This document shows positions 47,722 through 62,957 of a stretch of 64,000 nucleotides of DNA, in pieces. The DNA comes from Paraspadella gotoi (lineage: Eukaryota; Animalia; Chaetognatha), in contig CM119263.1 in the NCBI GenBank assembly GCA_051294375.1, positions 16,346,532 to 16,410,531 of the forward strand. The letters are read 5' to 3'. Within the stretch, counting starts at the first letter, position 1; the number at the start of each line of letters is the position of its first letter. Position numbers and translations under genes: made by a program. The notes beneath the pieces are model-generated. The model had not been told where the DNA came from. It saw only the letters and a list, made by a program, of their open reading frames with translations, and searched no databases.

Positions 47722-50700
47722 ATTGTTAATTCATTTTTTCTTTCTTTAAATTGTAAGTACAAACATACTATATATGTACAGTTCATTAACAAATGCATTG
47801 TTATTGTGTTAATCCCGCCAGATGCTACGTACTTTATCTTTCCTCGGAAGTAAAGTTTGAGCTTTAAAATTTCCCGATATTTTTTGAAAAAAGCCGTTTA
47901 TTAAATCTATTTCTTTTTAACGTCACGACTCTGAAACAACACGAATAGAGAATAATGGTTATTGGTTAAAGTGGTATATTGATTGATTCTTTTATTTGCA
48001 TTTAAAAAAGATAGCTTTCTACAGAAAGTAAAACTAAATAATTAATATCGTTGTTTCTATAAAATTTCCGGTTATTAAGAATGGAAAAAAAAAACCGTAA
48101 AAAACTAATTTTACTTTTTTTAGGGGTTAAAAAGGGTGAAAAAAAAATTGGAGTTTTCGTGCGTCGATAAAAAAAAAACGAAGAAAAAACCGATATACAT
48201 AACGCAATTTTAAGTAGAACCGCAATTTTCTCTTTAGGTTTTCATGTTTCGATAAAAATTAGGAAAAAAAGGAAAGAAAAAATGAGAAGGAAAAACGAAG
48301 AACGGAAGAAAGAGGAGGGAGAAGAATGTTAGCCAATCGAGAAGTAAAGAAGAGAGAGAGAGAGGAGCAGAGACGAGAGAGAGGAGAGAGAGAGGCCGAG
48401 GATGCGGGAAGAGAGAGAAGAAGCTCGAGGAGAGGGAGAGCGCAGGAGAGGAGATGCAGGAGGGTGGAGGAGCACCGAAGCCGGAAGATTGTATCGGGAG
48501 AGCAGACGAGAGAGATTAGAGCCACGCACGAAGAAAAGAAAAAAAAAAAAAGGTTGAGCGGCGTCGAGAGTTCGGGAGATTTTGACCGAAGAAAACATCT
48601 CTGATTGTCTCTCACGAGATCGAAGAGGCTGAGTCTCCGGTTGCAGTTGTGTTGATTGGCTGGGATGGTGTTTGGTTGGTCACGATTCTTTTCTTTTCTT
48701 TTTTTCCTCCCTATTTATTTTCTTATATTTTTCAATTTTTTTATTTTTTCTAATTTATTTCTTTTTAGATTTTTTGTCTTTGCTATTTGTATTTTTGGTA
48801 ATTTTTCCTACCTTTTATTACAGTTTTTTTTCTTTCATTTTCCATTTTTCTTTATTTTTTTAATTTCTTTCTATCTTTCTTCTTTTTTTATTTTTATCTT
48901 TCTTTTTTTTCTCTCTGTCTCTCTTCCTGTCACCCCCTACTCTCAACCTACTTCTCTGTTGTTGTCAATTCTTTATCGTCCCGAGATTTCCTTCCAAGAA
49001 CCGGTGCCATCTCCATGTCACGTGACTTTCTTATTTGGCGAAACGAAATGGACGGACTCTCGATGCCATCAAAATGTCTCCTGGGACATAAAACTGATAA
49101 AAAGACGACCGATTTTTATCTTTTTTTCCCCCTTTTTTATTTTTTTAAAAAAAATTAATGATTGTGTAAAGTTAACAATTTAAATCAGTTATTTAAAGAA
49201 CACACAAAAAAATACGGACGAATCATTAATAGGATGTGATCCACTGTATTTCAAACGAACACTTTAATGTCACTTTCTTTATGAATAAGAGGCGACGGAC
49301 GACCTCGCCGAATCTGAACGAAATATTCATGGGTTTTGGTCTCATTCTTCGTTTTTGACGAATGGATATTGAACGCTGGTCGCATAGTGACAGTCTAGTA
49401 GATTTCAAAATATGTTGACATTTATTATCTACTTACATACGCTTAATACTTCGCAATTACCGCATCACTCATGATTTGTCTCCGATACACTTTCGACCAA
49501 ATTTGTCATTTTTCTTGTAAGTTTTAACTTTTGCTGTTCAACTTGTTACTTGTTACTTGTTAATTTTTTTGTATTGTACCCATTATTCATTTTCTGCCTC
49601 TGTCTGAATTTTGAAGTACTTGCACGTCCCGACCGAAAAAAACAGACTTTTAAATAAACCAAATACAAAAATGCGAATCTAACGTCTGATTGCAGCTTGG
49701 AAAAGTTTTGGAAATCCAAAATAGTTGAGGTGGCGCCATCGACTTTGACACTTGGCGCCGGAGAAATCTCCCGATTCTGAAGTTTACATTTCTATTTTCT
49801 CCTCATATTTCAGTTATTACTTTTCCATTCTTATCGATTGTCACCCAATTATTTTCATTTTCTTTTTTTCCCCTTTGATCTCTAATTCGTTGAATGCGGG
49901 GATCTTGATGCGATTTTTGACGAGATAATTCGTGATAACATTCCACGATGTGACATTTCGCATTCTTCCTACTTTTCTTTTCTCTCGCCCCCCCCCAAAA
50001 AAAGGGGCGCGGTCGACAAAATTTGTATTCGGCGGACAACGCGGTTCTGTTTTTTACCCTTTCCCAAATCGAGGGACGGCGAAGTGCGGTACCGCGCGGC
50101 GCGGCGCGGCGCGGCGCGGCGGGAGATGGAAAGACCGGAGCGGTTGGAAGAAAATATGGCGCCGCCAACGGAGAATTTCAACGGGGCGCGAATGGAAATG
50201 TGGGCGTGGCTTTCGATTGGGCGATCTTCAGTGGGGCCACAGACTTAAAAAAAAAAAACTATTTGAACAAAAACGAAGCTAATACATACAACTATAAAAC
50301 AAAGCAAAGAAATGGTCGACCGAAGGCAAATACTCAGTGGAGAAATGACTAATCAGTAATCACTAACTTCCGCCTCTTGTTCACTTGCTTGTATGTAGAC
50401 TCTTGTAGTAACTCGTTTAGGGGGTTTGTAGGGGGGGGAAGAACTTTATCGTCGTCGTCGTCCGCGTCGTCGTTCAACTACAGGGTCGTGCCCGACAATC
50501 AAGGCTGGGCGGGTTTATTTTTATATTAGAACTTTTGTAAGCATATCAGTCTCTTTATAATTTTAATAGCTTTCAGAAGATAATAGTATTGATAATATTT
50601 TATATAATACTTTTTTAAAAAAGTACTGAAAGTTAAAAAAATGAGTTGGAAAATCAAAGCTCTTTCTCCACTCATTGCCAAGGCATATCTTAACTGATCA

Positions 50701-52074
50701 ATATAAAATTAATACACATAAATGACATACCTAATTCTTAAAATCAATAAAATAAGGACTGGTTTGCCGTTTCTCTTTTTTCTTCTTTCCCATGTTACAG
50801 GTCTTTTTTTTTTCTCACCCTGTACTACAGGGTCTGCCCTCATAACTTCTCGTCTTCCCCGATAAAATTTCTCCCATCTCCTTTGTCTTCTTCTCCTTCG
50901 CTTCGTTCAACTCATAACTCATCCTTGTTTATCATCTTTTTCTCATCAAATCAGCCAAATCGCCTTCATCATCGCTGACCCCCCCCCTTAGCCCCCTGAG
51001 CTCGGGCCCCCTCTGGGCCCTTTCCGGCTGCCATTGCGAGGCTCTCAACCTTCCGCTTTCCCAGCCCAAGCAGCATCTTATCCGTGAGCTCCTCACCAGT
51101 CCGCCAGCTGCAAATCGGCGATTCAGCGAAGCGTCGTCCTCACCTTGACAACCCGTGGTAAGTTTGACGAGAATAAAACGAGAAGGAATAAAAAAAATAA
51201 GGAAATGAGAAATAGGAAGAAGAGGAGAAACAAATGCAGAGGGAAAATAGAAGAAGAGGTTTAAATGGATATTGGATAATGAAAGGAGAGGAGGAAAAAA
51301 AAAAAGAAAAGGGGGGGAAAAAAAAAGAAGAAGAAAACGAAGGTGGAAAGGAGAAAATTAAGGATTTAATTGACGACTTTCAATTAGTCCGAGACCAGAG
51401 AGGGAAAAAACAACGTCCAGGGAGAGCGAGAGAGAGAGAGAGAGAGAGAGAGAGTGAGAGAGTGATTGGGGTGATGAGTTCCGACAAGATAGTGAAGGGA
51501 GATCGGGGAGGGGTTTTATTTTCTCGATAGACAGAGGTCGTATAGAGATGATGTGTAGTTGACGTGAGTCGAATGTGTTTGGGCTGCGTAATTAGGCAGA
51601 GTTAAAGCAAGGAGTTGGTAGCAAAACGTTTGTGGACGCTTTGTTGCGAATAGTCATGTATAAAGGTAACGTAATTAATAATTAAAAGTTAAAAAAAAAA
51701 AACATTTTTGCTTTTTATGTTTTGTGTACATTAAATATGGAGCAGCGACTAAAGATCCGCCATCTAAAAATAAGCTGATGTCGAATCTTGTTTCTTGTTC
51801 CCCTTTTAAAATAAAGTTTTTAAAACTTTTAATATAAACGTTTCAATTGAAAGCGAGATTCGTGTCTCAACTTACTGCACAGATGGACACGGACAGACGG
51901 AGTCGGGGCATCTCGGGCTCGAACCTCGGACCCCGATGCCCGTCGCCCGTCGCCCGCCTCGAAAATCTCCCGTCTTCTCAGACTTTGAGAAAAAGTCGAG
52001 TCTTCGATCGCAATTTCCTTCCTCGTCTCCTTTTATGGCCGATAAATAAGGAAAGTGAGTCTCTCTCTCTCTCT

Positions 52075-52162
<88 letters not shown>

Positions 52163-52481
52163 TTTCTTCCCGGACATCCTCGTTAATACTTAAAAAAAAA
52201 AAAAAAACCATAAAGAATTAAGGATTAACGATTATTTATATTCATGCGACGTCGTTAAGACGAACGGGGATTCGTCGTCATCATCTTCGTCTCGTTCGTC
52301 GTTTTGTCGTTCTGGTCCCATCAAAATCGCTCCTCGGTTCCGAGATGTACTTCTTCCAATTTTCTCCTTTTTTTTCTCTCTGTTTTACTTTCGACCATTT
52401 TTCTTGAAAGTAAAGCAAGAAAAAAAATTGACAACATTTGTGGACGGGAATTGAAACTAGAGAGAGAGGAGGGGAAGAGAG

Positions 52482-52583
<102 letters not shown>

Positions 52584-52762
52584 GGGAACCGCACGGCATA
52601 AAAAATCCTTATCTCTTTTATTCTCGTCTTTCGTGTGTTTTTTTAAGATGAAGGAAGAGGAGGAAGAGAAAGAAGATGAAGAGGAGCAGGTATCGGGAGA
52701 AAGGAGGGGAGGCGAATATGTGATACTGATAGTGAGGAAGAGTAAAAATAGTTTTGGAGGCT

Positions 52763-52807
<45 letters not shown>

Positions 52808-54438
52808 TTTTCTTGAATTTTATTTTTTTCTATAAATGAAAAAAAAAAGAGAAGGAAATAATGAGCAGAGAGTTGAAACGGAATTAAGGGGAAGCGGTAG
52901 AAAAATAGCCGAGAATCGGAAATGATATTAAAGAGAGTCATTGAGAATCGGAAAGAAAAATGATGAAAAGCAGAATGAAAAGCAGAAAAGGAACCAAAGA
53001 GGAAATAGTGATAAGCGCGATGAGAAACAAAGAAAAAAAGAAAAAAGAAATGGAAATACAAAGCGAAAGATTTCAAGCAGCAATCGTAAGCGGAAATATA
53101 AAGCGGCAATCAAAAGCGGAAATATAAAGCGGAAAATTAAAAGCGGCAATCAAAAGAGAGAGAGTTCGGGTGAAAGAAAGCGGACGCGTCGAGTGGGAAG
53201 ATCCGACGAGTCGTCGTCGAGTGGCGGGCAAATAGACGAGGCGACAAATTAAACGTCGACTTTAAAATGAGAAAATTTGTTGATAAAAGGAGGAAATAAA
53301 AATTTTAAAATAAAGAATGGAATCCAATGTTTGGGGTTTGGAAATGACGTCCAAAAAATTGGATTCTTTGTCCTGACGCCCGTTTTCGACTTCGCAAATT
53401 GCTCGCTTCGTAAGAGGACAGAAAAAGAGATGGGAAAATGTTACAGAGAAGAAAAAGGGGACGACGAGTAGAGGCTAATGAAGGAAAAAGAAAAGAAAGC
53501 AAAAGAAAAAAACTAAAAAGAATCAACTGAGTCGAAAAGGCAAAACTCGACCGCTCGTTTGAACAGAAAATTATAAAGGTTAATTTCTAATGAGTTAAAT
53601 CGACGGAGAGAAAGAGAGAAAGAGAGAGAGAGAGAAAGAAAGCAATTTCTTTTTATTTCTTTAAACGTTTTTTTTATTGTTTTTACTTCTGACTGTCATT
53701 GCCTCGAGCCCTGCCACCTTAATTTTTATTAGTTTCGGATCCTTTCGTCTATTGACCGCCTTCAGATATTCTTCAATTAATGTCTCCAACTAAGTACACA
53801 GTTTGGAATATTATCCTAGACTTCAGATTTGCTTAATTCCATTCGTTTCTAGTTTTTTAACCCGACACAGTCCCGATCGCACAAGCACAGTCGATATATA
53901 TCCTGACCTCAGACCTCCTTTATTGTTTAGAGTTTTCGACACAGTTCTTTCTTTTTAGTCTCCGTCACGATTCTCTCCTCGATCGATATCTTTCCTTTTT
54001 TTTCCCTTCAACTAAGATCTCCCAATACTTTCCTTTTCTTTCCTTTCCTTTCCTCCGATCCTTCCATCTCTATTAAGTCGCATTGCCCTTTAAGAAACAC
54101 TTTTTATCTCCTTGTCCACTCGCCTCTATTGTCCTTTTCAATCTCTTCCAATTTACCTGATATTCTCAGGGCTCAATATTTATTTTTTATTTTTTCATTT
54201 ATTTTCCACAATCCACAATTTCCTCACATCCGACAGTCGTCCTTTATTTTGTTACGCCAAACTGTTCTTTTTTTTTTTTTTAAACTCCGTCCTAATCTTT
54301 CGTCTTAATAGCAATTTCTTTGCCCAACTTTGCCCCTTTTCTTTTTATCTCCTGATCTTTTCCTTAAGTATCGACAAAACGTCTTCCTTCCGTTCAGGAG
54401 AGTGAATAATGAAGAAGTATCAATCTTTACCGTTTCAC

Positions 54439-54543
<105 letters not shown>

Positions 54544-54710
54544 CTTCTCCCACGCCAATCGCGAAGAAAAGACATTAATTGCCGACCTATAAAAAGAACG
54601 TACTAAAATATCTGAACAAATTTTCTTTCTTTGATGGGGAAACCGTTTTGTCTTTTTACGATCAGCAATTAAACCGGGATTCCGTCTCTCTCTGTCTCTC
54701 TGTCTCTCTG

Positions 54711-54742
<32 letters not shown>

Positions 54743-55789
54743 CGTCGTTTCACCCACGTGACCGGAAGTGACGCACTGCGGCACCGATTCCACGCGCGTC
54801 GTCGGCTTTTATTGTTTCTGCCTAATGAGGATTGCAACGCCGGCGCATACGTCGTGAAAGGAAGGGCCGTCGGGTGAGGGCAGTGATCGGGATTTTGGGA
54901 AGGAAGGGAGGATCCGAATCGGACTCTCTTCTTTTTAAAGGATGGTTGACGGCTTAATAGTTAGGGTTGAGGATGAAGGGCTGAGGACTGCGTGATTAGG
55001 GTTGGCGGTATGAGGTTGACGCTCTATCGAAGGGGGTTAAAGGTTAATGGGTAGGAGTTGAGGGTTTAGGTTTCAGGCTTGATGGTTTCGAGTTTGGGGT
55101 TGAGTTATGTCGTCACGTGAACATCTGGAATCATCTTCTCTCAGAAAGTCACGGCGGCGCAACCGGTTAAACCGGTTCTAGTTATAGAATTGTCAACAAA
55201 ATAACAAAGTAATTGATTCAAGTTGATTACATGATATAATGAATTTCAATTTCTCGCACTTAATACGAAAATCGTAACCATCAAAAAAATCCAAGAAAAA
55301 AAAGGATAAAATTAAAAGTAACATGACGATAAAAACAAAACAAAACAAAAAAAAAAAAACCTGGAAAAATCCAAGGAAAAATATAGGAAAAAAAGAAGAG
55401 AAAAAAACCTGAACTGAAAGAACATTAAAATGACTGGAAAAAGAAAGAGATGGAAAAAAAAGGGCGAGAAAAGGATTTAGGCGAAAATATGAAAGGAAAT
55501 CCTGTAAGAAGAGAAAAAGGAAAGATTGGTGACTTGCATTTGAGAGATGCGGGGAGAAAAGGGAAGGGAGATAAAAGAAAGGGGTTGTTGAGAAAAAAAA
55601 CATATCCCTCCTTATTACCCTCATAATCCCATGAAAAAGTATTCCATGTCGGTGACGACGTGAGAAGGACCAAGATTGAAATCGTATCGGGGATTAGCTG
55701 AGGGCGAAGTGGTTTGGCGGGGGGGGAGGGGCGTGTCGATTGGCTAGAGGGTAGAAGTGCTGCGTTGTTATGAATTAAAAGTATTATTA

Positions 55790-56082
55790 AAAATCTCCTT
55801 TATGTCGTTACAAAGGCGGGGACTATGGCGACGGGTGGACACGTGTGATGGCCGGGGTGTGAGGCATCTCCCAAAAACTGGGGCTCAGGGCTTTGGACCC
55901 GCATTGACCACCCCATGTCACTGGCGTGTTTAATCCGACACCATCACACTTTAACCAGCGCGACCGTGAGGGGATTGACCCGGGAACTCACGCTTGGTGA
56001 ACGAGTATTCAGATGTCCAATCCAATTGGACGAGCTGAGTTTCACCAATCTATACTGGAGGCGAATTTAGGATTCGCCACAC
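55790..56082 (-). mobile_element. SINE-like element with a tRNA-like Pol III head; deleted copy at ~655-800
   Basis: Shares ccggggtgtgaggc, cagcgYgaccgtg, gagctgagtttcaccaa and aatttaggattcgccaca with 655-800. The reverse complement has A-box-like agctcgtccaattgg and B-box-like gggtcaatccc. Confidence 0.55.
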
Positions 56083-57867
56083 GACATTATTTCAGTCATC
56101 TCGGATTGAAGGAGAGAATTTTCAGCTGGCGAAGGCGTGGACGGGCGAGATAGTTTGGTGACGGGGTCGGAGCCGGTGGGGGCCGAGGCGTTGGGTGGGC
56201 GGACTGGCAAAAGGGAAGGATGGAAATGAGACTGCGAAGAAGTCGCATTAAACTAGAAGGCTGAAAGGCGAAAAGCGTCTCTCGTTGAAATTCACACGCA
56301 GATGTGAGAAGCACCACTGAGCTCTGGGGATATCGACTGTCGGTGGAGGCCGATCTTGAGAGGTGTCGTTGTTCATTTCCTCTCTCTCTGCGTCTCGTCT
56401 CTCTCTCTCTGCTCTTCTTCTCTCTCTCTCTCTCTCTCTCTTAGGGAGAATCATTGTTTGGCGTCGGTCGAGAGAAAATTTAAACAAAGGCATAAGAAAT
56501 CAGTCAAGTGAGAGGGAAGATTACCAGCGGCGGGCCTTAATGTTTCTAAAGGCCATCTCTCTCTTTGGACTCTCTTCTCTCGCTTTCCCGCTCTCTCTCT
56601 GTCTTTCTCCGACTTTCCCTGTCTTTCTCTATCTCTCTCCCTCCATTTCTCAGTCTTTTTCTCATCATTTCACTCCCCACCCGCCTCTCTCTCTCTCTGT
56701 CTCTCTGTCTCTCTCTCTCTGGCCTCCCATTTCCCTCTCGGCTAATGTCCTTATGGCCATTCGTCCATCCAGGGACTCGCCGCGAATCGCTGCCCCAATG
56801 AGAATGGAGGCAGAGTTGCGCCCGAGGCCGCGCGGGAGTGGGGGGGGGGATGGAAGGCGCTCGGAATCGATCGTCCTTTTAGTTTCTCCCGTCAATTGAG
56901 AGGAGAGATGACGATGAAGATGATTCGAGCCTGTGAGATTGTGAGGCTGTGATCTCGCGGGGTTTTTTTTATGAGTGTGATAAGATGAGAGTTGTGAAGT
57001 GTGACGAGGAAAAAGATAATATTAAAGACAAGAATGTGATATGATCTCGGAACATTGGATAAATTTGGATATACGCTACAAACTTCTGCTTTGTTCGATA
57101 AAAGAAAGATTTTTACGGCAATCATATCAAACCATCGTGGAGGACAACAACAGCGATGACAACGACAACTCTAGGCGACGCCTATATCGTTAAATCGCGA
57201 CCTCCTTGTTCCCCTCCCTTTCGCGCCAAAATAGCCGAGGACACGCCCCTTTAACGTTTTCACCTTTTCTCTCAGATGTCACCCGAAGCGAATCAGAAAT
57301 AGCGCGGCTTTTCAACGAAACATGACAAGAATTGACAAAATGACGAAGTGACAAACTTTATAAAAACTGTCTAATTCTTTAATTTCGATCCTACATGTCC
57401 AACTCATCAAAGGAATCGACCTGCGTTGCCGACGAGGCGTCATGGTATCAATGGAAATGGCCTCGCGAAAAATCTGCAGGAATAGCATTAATGGAAAAAA
57501 AGCATTGCGGAAAAACGGCATTCTGGTGGAATGGCATAGAGCAACAATGGATGCTGTGTTGAGAAATAATAGTAGCTGCAATCCATAATAATTAAATTCG
57601 TAAAAAGTGAATCGTTTCAGGACAGTTAGATTGCAAATAAGGCAGTTTGTCGACTGTCGAGTCTAAAAATCATCCTCTCTTTAATATAGACAAATAATGT
57701 TAAATATACTAAGGCTAAGTGTTCAGGGTAACATAAGTAGTGATCAAGACCCCGAATGACGTTTGAGATCGGCGGGCAGCAGCTTCGGCGCTCAAAGAAC
57801 TGGAAAGCGCATCACAAGATGGCCGTGGGGAGCCGAGTTTCAGCGTCAATTTTATTAGTTCGACATC

Positions 57868-57949
<82 letters not shown>

Positions 57950-58019
57950 ATCTCTCCAGACTACGTTATGATTTTTCATTGTCCAATGTCTAGTCTATAA
58001 AGTATAATAAGCAGTTGTA

Positions 58020-58071
<52 letters not shown>

Positions 58072-59810
58072 GAAAAAACAAACAAAAGACAGAGAGAGAA
58101 AGAGAGATAGCGAAAAAAAAAGACAAAGACAGCTTTTCATTGAAATAGAAAATTAATAAATCGGCTTTGTCTCTAAACCCTCCTCTCATCTGACGTCAAA
58201 ATGACCATCATAATTTTTCTTTAATAGGCTTTGGAAAAGTTGATAATTGAAGGGAAAGCCGCTCCGTTGAAAACAGGTACAGGGCTTTATTCTCAGACTC
58301 TTATTTAATTTCACGTGATTAAAAAAATGATTTTTGTAAAACTTTAATACAAAAGAAAAACATTTAGATTTTTTCATTGTCCTCAGTTGTCGATTTAAAT
58401 TAACCTTCTATCGATAAAAGAAAGATTTAAAAGCTATAATAGCTCCTAATAGTCATACAAATTACAATCATTTACTGTCTGTGTGGTTGTCTGATTTCTT
58501 TTTTTGGGGGGGATCTGATTCGTTTGAATTCTGTTGATGTTTCTCTTTTTATGAAATTGGTACAACCAATATAAAAATTATCCATTCATTTAATGAATAA
58601 GCTATCTTTTCCCTTTCGACAGGCTTTGGTGGTTTAAGGCCTCCAACACTTTTTTTGTTCATTTTTTTCCTTCGCCTTCTGCCAAAATCCGGAAATGGAA
58701 ACCACACGTCGAATGCGAAGGTTTTGGTTGTTTTTGTTTTGTTTGCGGCGTCGATGATTTGACCGGCAGAGGCCGCCGCGCCACGCCGCGCCACGCCGCG
58801 CTGCGTTGGGGAAAAATGTCAAGAGGTTGTCAGTTATCAGCGGGCGCGGGATCGGTGGGTGGAAACGAATAAAAGGTTGTCAGGTGTAGGTGTTTCGGCG
58901 GCGGCAGGTGCGACTTGTGGAGGTGCCGTTTAAGCGGATTAAGGACGACGAGTAAAAGCGAGGATCAACGAAATGATTAAAAAGGAAAAGGACGACGATG
59001 ACGACGATGAAAACGATCACGTTGATAGAAGGCAAAGTTGAGAGTAACTACAATAACGTTCAAGAAAAAAGAGCCGAACGCAAATATTGAAATGAGAAAG
59101 AAAATAAAGAAGAGAAAAGTTCCACTGGATCGCGGGTTAAAAGCGTGATGACGGAATACAACGAAAGAGGGCAGACCTGTCACTCAATTTTGATGAATGG
59201 ATCCATTTTGGTTTCTCTGATTTACGGTTAAACCCTCCCTTTCCCTTTCTCCCCTGCCTCCCCGCAACCTCGGGGCCCCGCCATTGCTGTTGGTAGGAAG
59301 ATGAACGATTCCAAATTTCGGTGAGATGCCAAAGGTNNNNNNNNNNATGAAATCTGGAGTTTTTTTTTAAATTATTATCATATACCTCTAAAAAAATCAA
59401 CATTTTTAGTTCCACGCTCATCGTCAACTAGACCGTGAAAGTTTTTTTTTGTTCATACGTATGCTAACAATGTTTGCGAGTCAAAGGACTACAAAATTAA
59501 TATTTTTTTTTCAACCAACGGTCGAACAAATGAAAATCGAGGATCTGCAACGACGATTGAATATTGTTTAAAAATCTTCCTTCGCTATTTTTGTTTCTAG
59601 TAAAACATATGAAATAAAAAACTCATTTGATTCCATCTAGGATTTATTTTTCCTTCTCTCCAAGGGCGGATCAGGCGTTAAGGGAAGGGAGGAGATCCCT
59701 TCTCCGGATTTTTTGGCAGAAAATAAATCAAAGCTGGGTTTCCACTTAAGGGGAGAAGGGAGAATTTTTTCCCTCGTGAAACTCCCGCGGTTGGAAAAGG
59801 GAAGGATAAG

Positions 59811-59902
<92 letters not shown>

Positions 59903-61777
59903 CCACATATAAACTTCAACCTCTAAATTTTCTCGTATTTTCGAGCCTCTTAATCCCATCAGTAGGGAGAGAGAGAGGCAAATCGAAACCCCGGGTCGTT
60001 CGAGGCGACCAAAGTGATTGCGAAGACTCTCCCCCCCCTTCCGGGTCGCTATGGAAATTCAAGACGCTGGATTTGTTTGAATTCGTTGCCATGACGATTC
60101 GCAGACGGTTGCTTGAGGACTGGAAAAACGATGACGTCATGGTCCGGGAAGGGAGATGGAGAGACAGAGAGAGCAAGGGAGAGAGAGAGAGAGCGAGAGA
60201 GAGAGAGAGAGCGAGAGAGAGAGAGAGAGAGACTCGCTTCGTCTCAAGTCTCGATGAATTCGTCATTAAACCGAAACAAAAGAATTGAATCCACCAACGA
60301 CGCCTTCGTCGTGATCCTCGAATATCTTCGCTGCGTCGATGAGCGAAGAAGGACGATCAAGGTTGGGATAGAAAAAGGGATAGAGAGGGACAGAAAAGGA
60401 AAGATCCTTGGAGATGGTGAGAATAGAAAATGGTGCGACCGGAAGGTAGGAGTAGAGAGCTGAGGGGGGGCGGTTGGGGGGGGGGTAGAAGACGCAGGAA
60501 AATAGAAGGAATTGAGTTGCGCACAAAAGCGAGGGACGCGCCGCCAAGGACGAGAGAAGGGAGACTAACGGCTCGGAAATGAAAAAGTAATGGGGGGGGG
60601 GTGAAGATAGAAGGGGGGGTGTAGTAGTGGCGATTTTTGGTGGAGTTGAGTGAAACAAAGAATTTAATATGTGGTGTTTTATTTGTTCGCTAAAAATGAA
60701 TACTGTGGATTATTTGAGCTATCTTCAAGAAATACGATACAGCAGTTTTCCATTTTTTAACGCACACTACTGGACATAGAGACGGACCAACCGACCGAAA
60801 TATGTTTTATGGTTCCTCGGGCATCGGCAACGAACGTGGCGGAAAAAAAAAGAAGACAAAAAAAAACTGAATCTTTGAAACTCGACTCTGTTTTTATGCC
60901 AACTTTGCGTTTTTAATTCCATTTTCCGTCTGCAATTGGCAGCAATCATGCGATACGGTCGACGATGATAAGGAAGACAACAACGTCAACGACTAACGAT
61001 AAGGAGACGTCATCGACAACGACGACGACAACAACAACAACGGCGGTCTCACCATCGATGTTGATACTAATGAAGGTGATTGCAGAATACGTGGAGATTA
61101 GAAGAGAGCGGATAATGATGGGAGAGGAAGAAGGGGAGGAAAAGAGGGAATGAAGGGAGGAAAGGCCGTAGGAAGGAGGATTTGAGTAAGTAACAAAAGG
61201 AAAAAGAGAGAGAGGAAAAGAAAAGGAAAAAAAAACTGGAAGAAGTAATTCGTGGCAAACTCATAGAAAATAATTAGTAGAGGAAAAAGGGGTTTTGGAG
61301 GAAAATTTAAAAGAAAAAAAAATGAAAAGAGGTGGCGTCGTCAGCCGGCAATTTCTTTACCATTTCTTTTTTTTCCCCTTTTCTTTCCTCTTTTTTTCTT
61401 TATTCTTCTCTCACGTTCTTCCTTCTTTTTTTTTCTTTAACGTTATCCTCGCTTCCTCCTTAATTTCTTCCTCCTCCTCTTCCTCATATCAATTTCCTTT
61501 CCTTTCCTCCGTTTTTTCTTCCTCCTCTTTTTCCTCCTCGTTCTTATCAGCAGCGAAACCAGATTTTTGATTGATCTTTTTTAAATTTTTTTTTTTTTAA
61601 AAATCACCTCAAAACCTTATTTTTTCCTTTCATTTTTTTTTAAGCTCGCTTCGGGCTGAGCGCTGAGACGATACGGCTGGAGGTAACGCTCTAATGAATT
61701 TTTTTTGGGGGATAACCTAATAGAATTAACCTTTTTTTTTCTGTCTAGTTGTTTTTCATTGTGATTAATTTTGGTGA

Positions 61778-61955
61778 GAGATATGATAGATAGATAGATA
61801 GATATATAGATAGATATGATTGACAGATAGATAGATAGATATATAGATACATAGATAGATACGTAGATAGATAGATAGATAGATAGATAGATANNNNNNN
61901 NNNTAGATAGATAGATAGATAGATATATAGATAGATATGAGAGATAGATAGATAA

Positions 61956-61995
<40 letters not shown>
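61778..61995 (+). repeat. (GATA)n microsatellite with an N gap
   Basis: Seen directly in the sequence. Confidence 0.95.
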
Positions 61996-61996
<1 letters not shown>

Positions 61997-62827
61997 GAAC
62001 ATTTTTTTTCTCAAACGCTCTCGTGGAAATCGATGAAACCTGAAATTTTTTTTTTTTTCGAATGTGATGGATGAAAATAAAATCTGTCGAAAGTTCACAG
62101 TAAATCGGACGAATAAGAAAAGAAAGAAATAAAGTAGAAAAAATATAAGAAAAAGTTTAAGGAACAGAATGTAAGAAGCGAGCAGGAAAAGAGAGAGAAT
62201 AAGAGGGAGTGGGGAAAAGAGCAAAAGGGAGGAAAATAAAAAGGGAGGAAGAAGACAAGAAGAAGGCAAAGAAAAGGAGAGTGGGGCACTCAAAAAAAGA
62301 AGAGAGAAAAAATGAGAAAAAATAAAAAGAAGAGACGACAAAAAACGTCACTGGAGACAATGTGAATCTGGAAATAGGATTTTTCGATTGAGAGGAACCG
62401 GAACGATACTGAGATGTTTAGGTAGATAAACATTGAGACGGACGAAGAGACAGCCTGTCACGCGGCGGTCGGATAGAAGGAAAGATATAAGAATAGATGG
62501 AAGGATAGATTGAAATGCAATCGATGGCCCCGTTGAATTTAATGTCGATGTAGGAATTGAATGTAAGGAGATGCGAAGAGGAAAGATATTCAAAAGAAAA
62601 TATAAAACAGCGAGCACAAATACAAACTAGTTAAAGTGGAGAGAGGGAGAGAGAGAGAGAGAGAGAGAGATAGGAAAAGAAGAAAAATAGAGGGGAAGCC
62701 AGAGTTTGGGAATTCCATTGATAGCATAGATCATGTAGTCGACGGGAAAGACGGAAATTCAGGGTTTGTTCCGACCAAAAAGACGGAGGAGAGAAATAAA
62801 GATGGGGGAAGAGAGAGAGAGAGAAGA

Positions 62828-62862
<35 letters not shown>

Positions 62863-62926
62863 GAGAGAGCAGAGAGGATGGGAGAGAGAGAGAGATGAGA
62901 GAGAAAAGAGAAGAGGAGGAAGAGAG

Positions 62927-62957
<31 letters not shown>

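Noticed and set aside
49220-49670. Possible degraded LINE 3' end (SDSLVDFK, AATAAA, A-rich tail)
   Set aside because: The similarity is too short and weak to support without a Dfam search.
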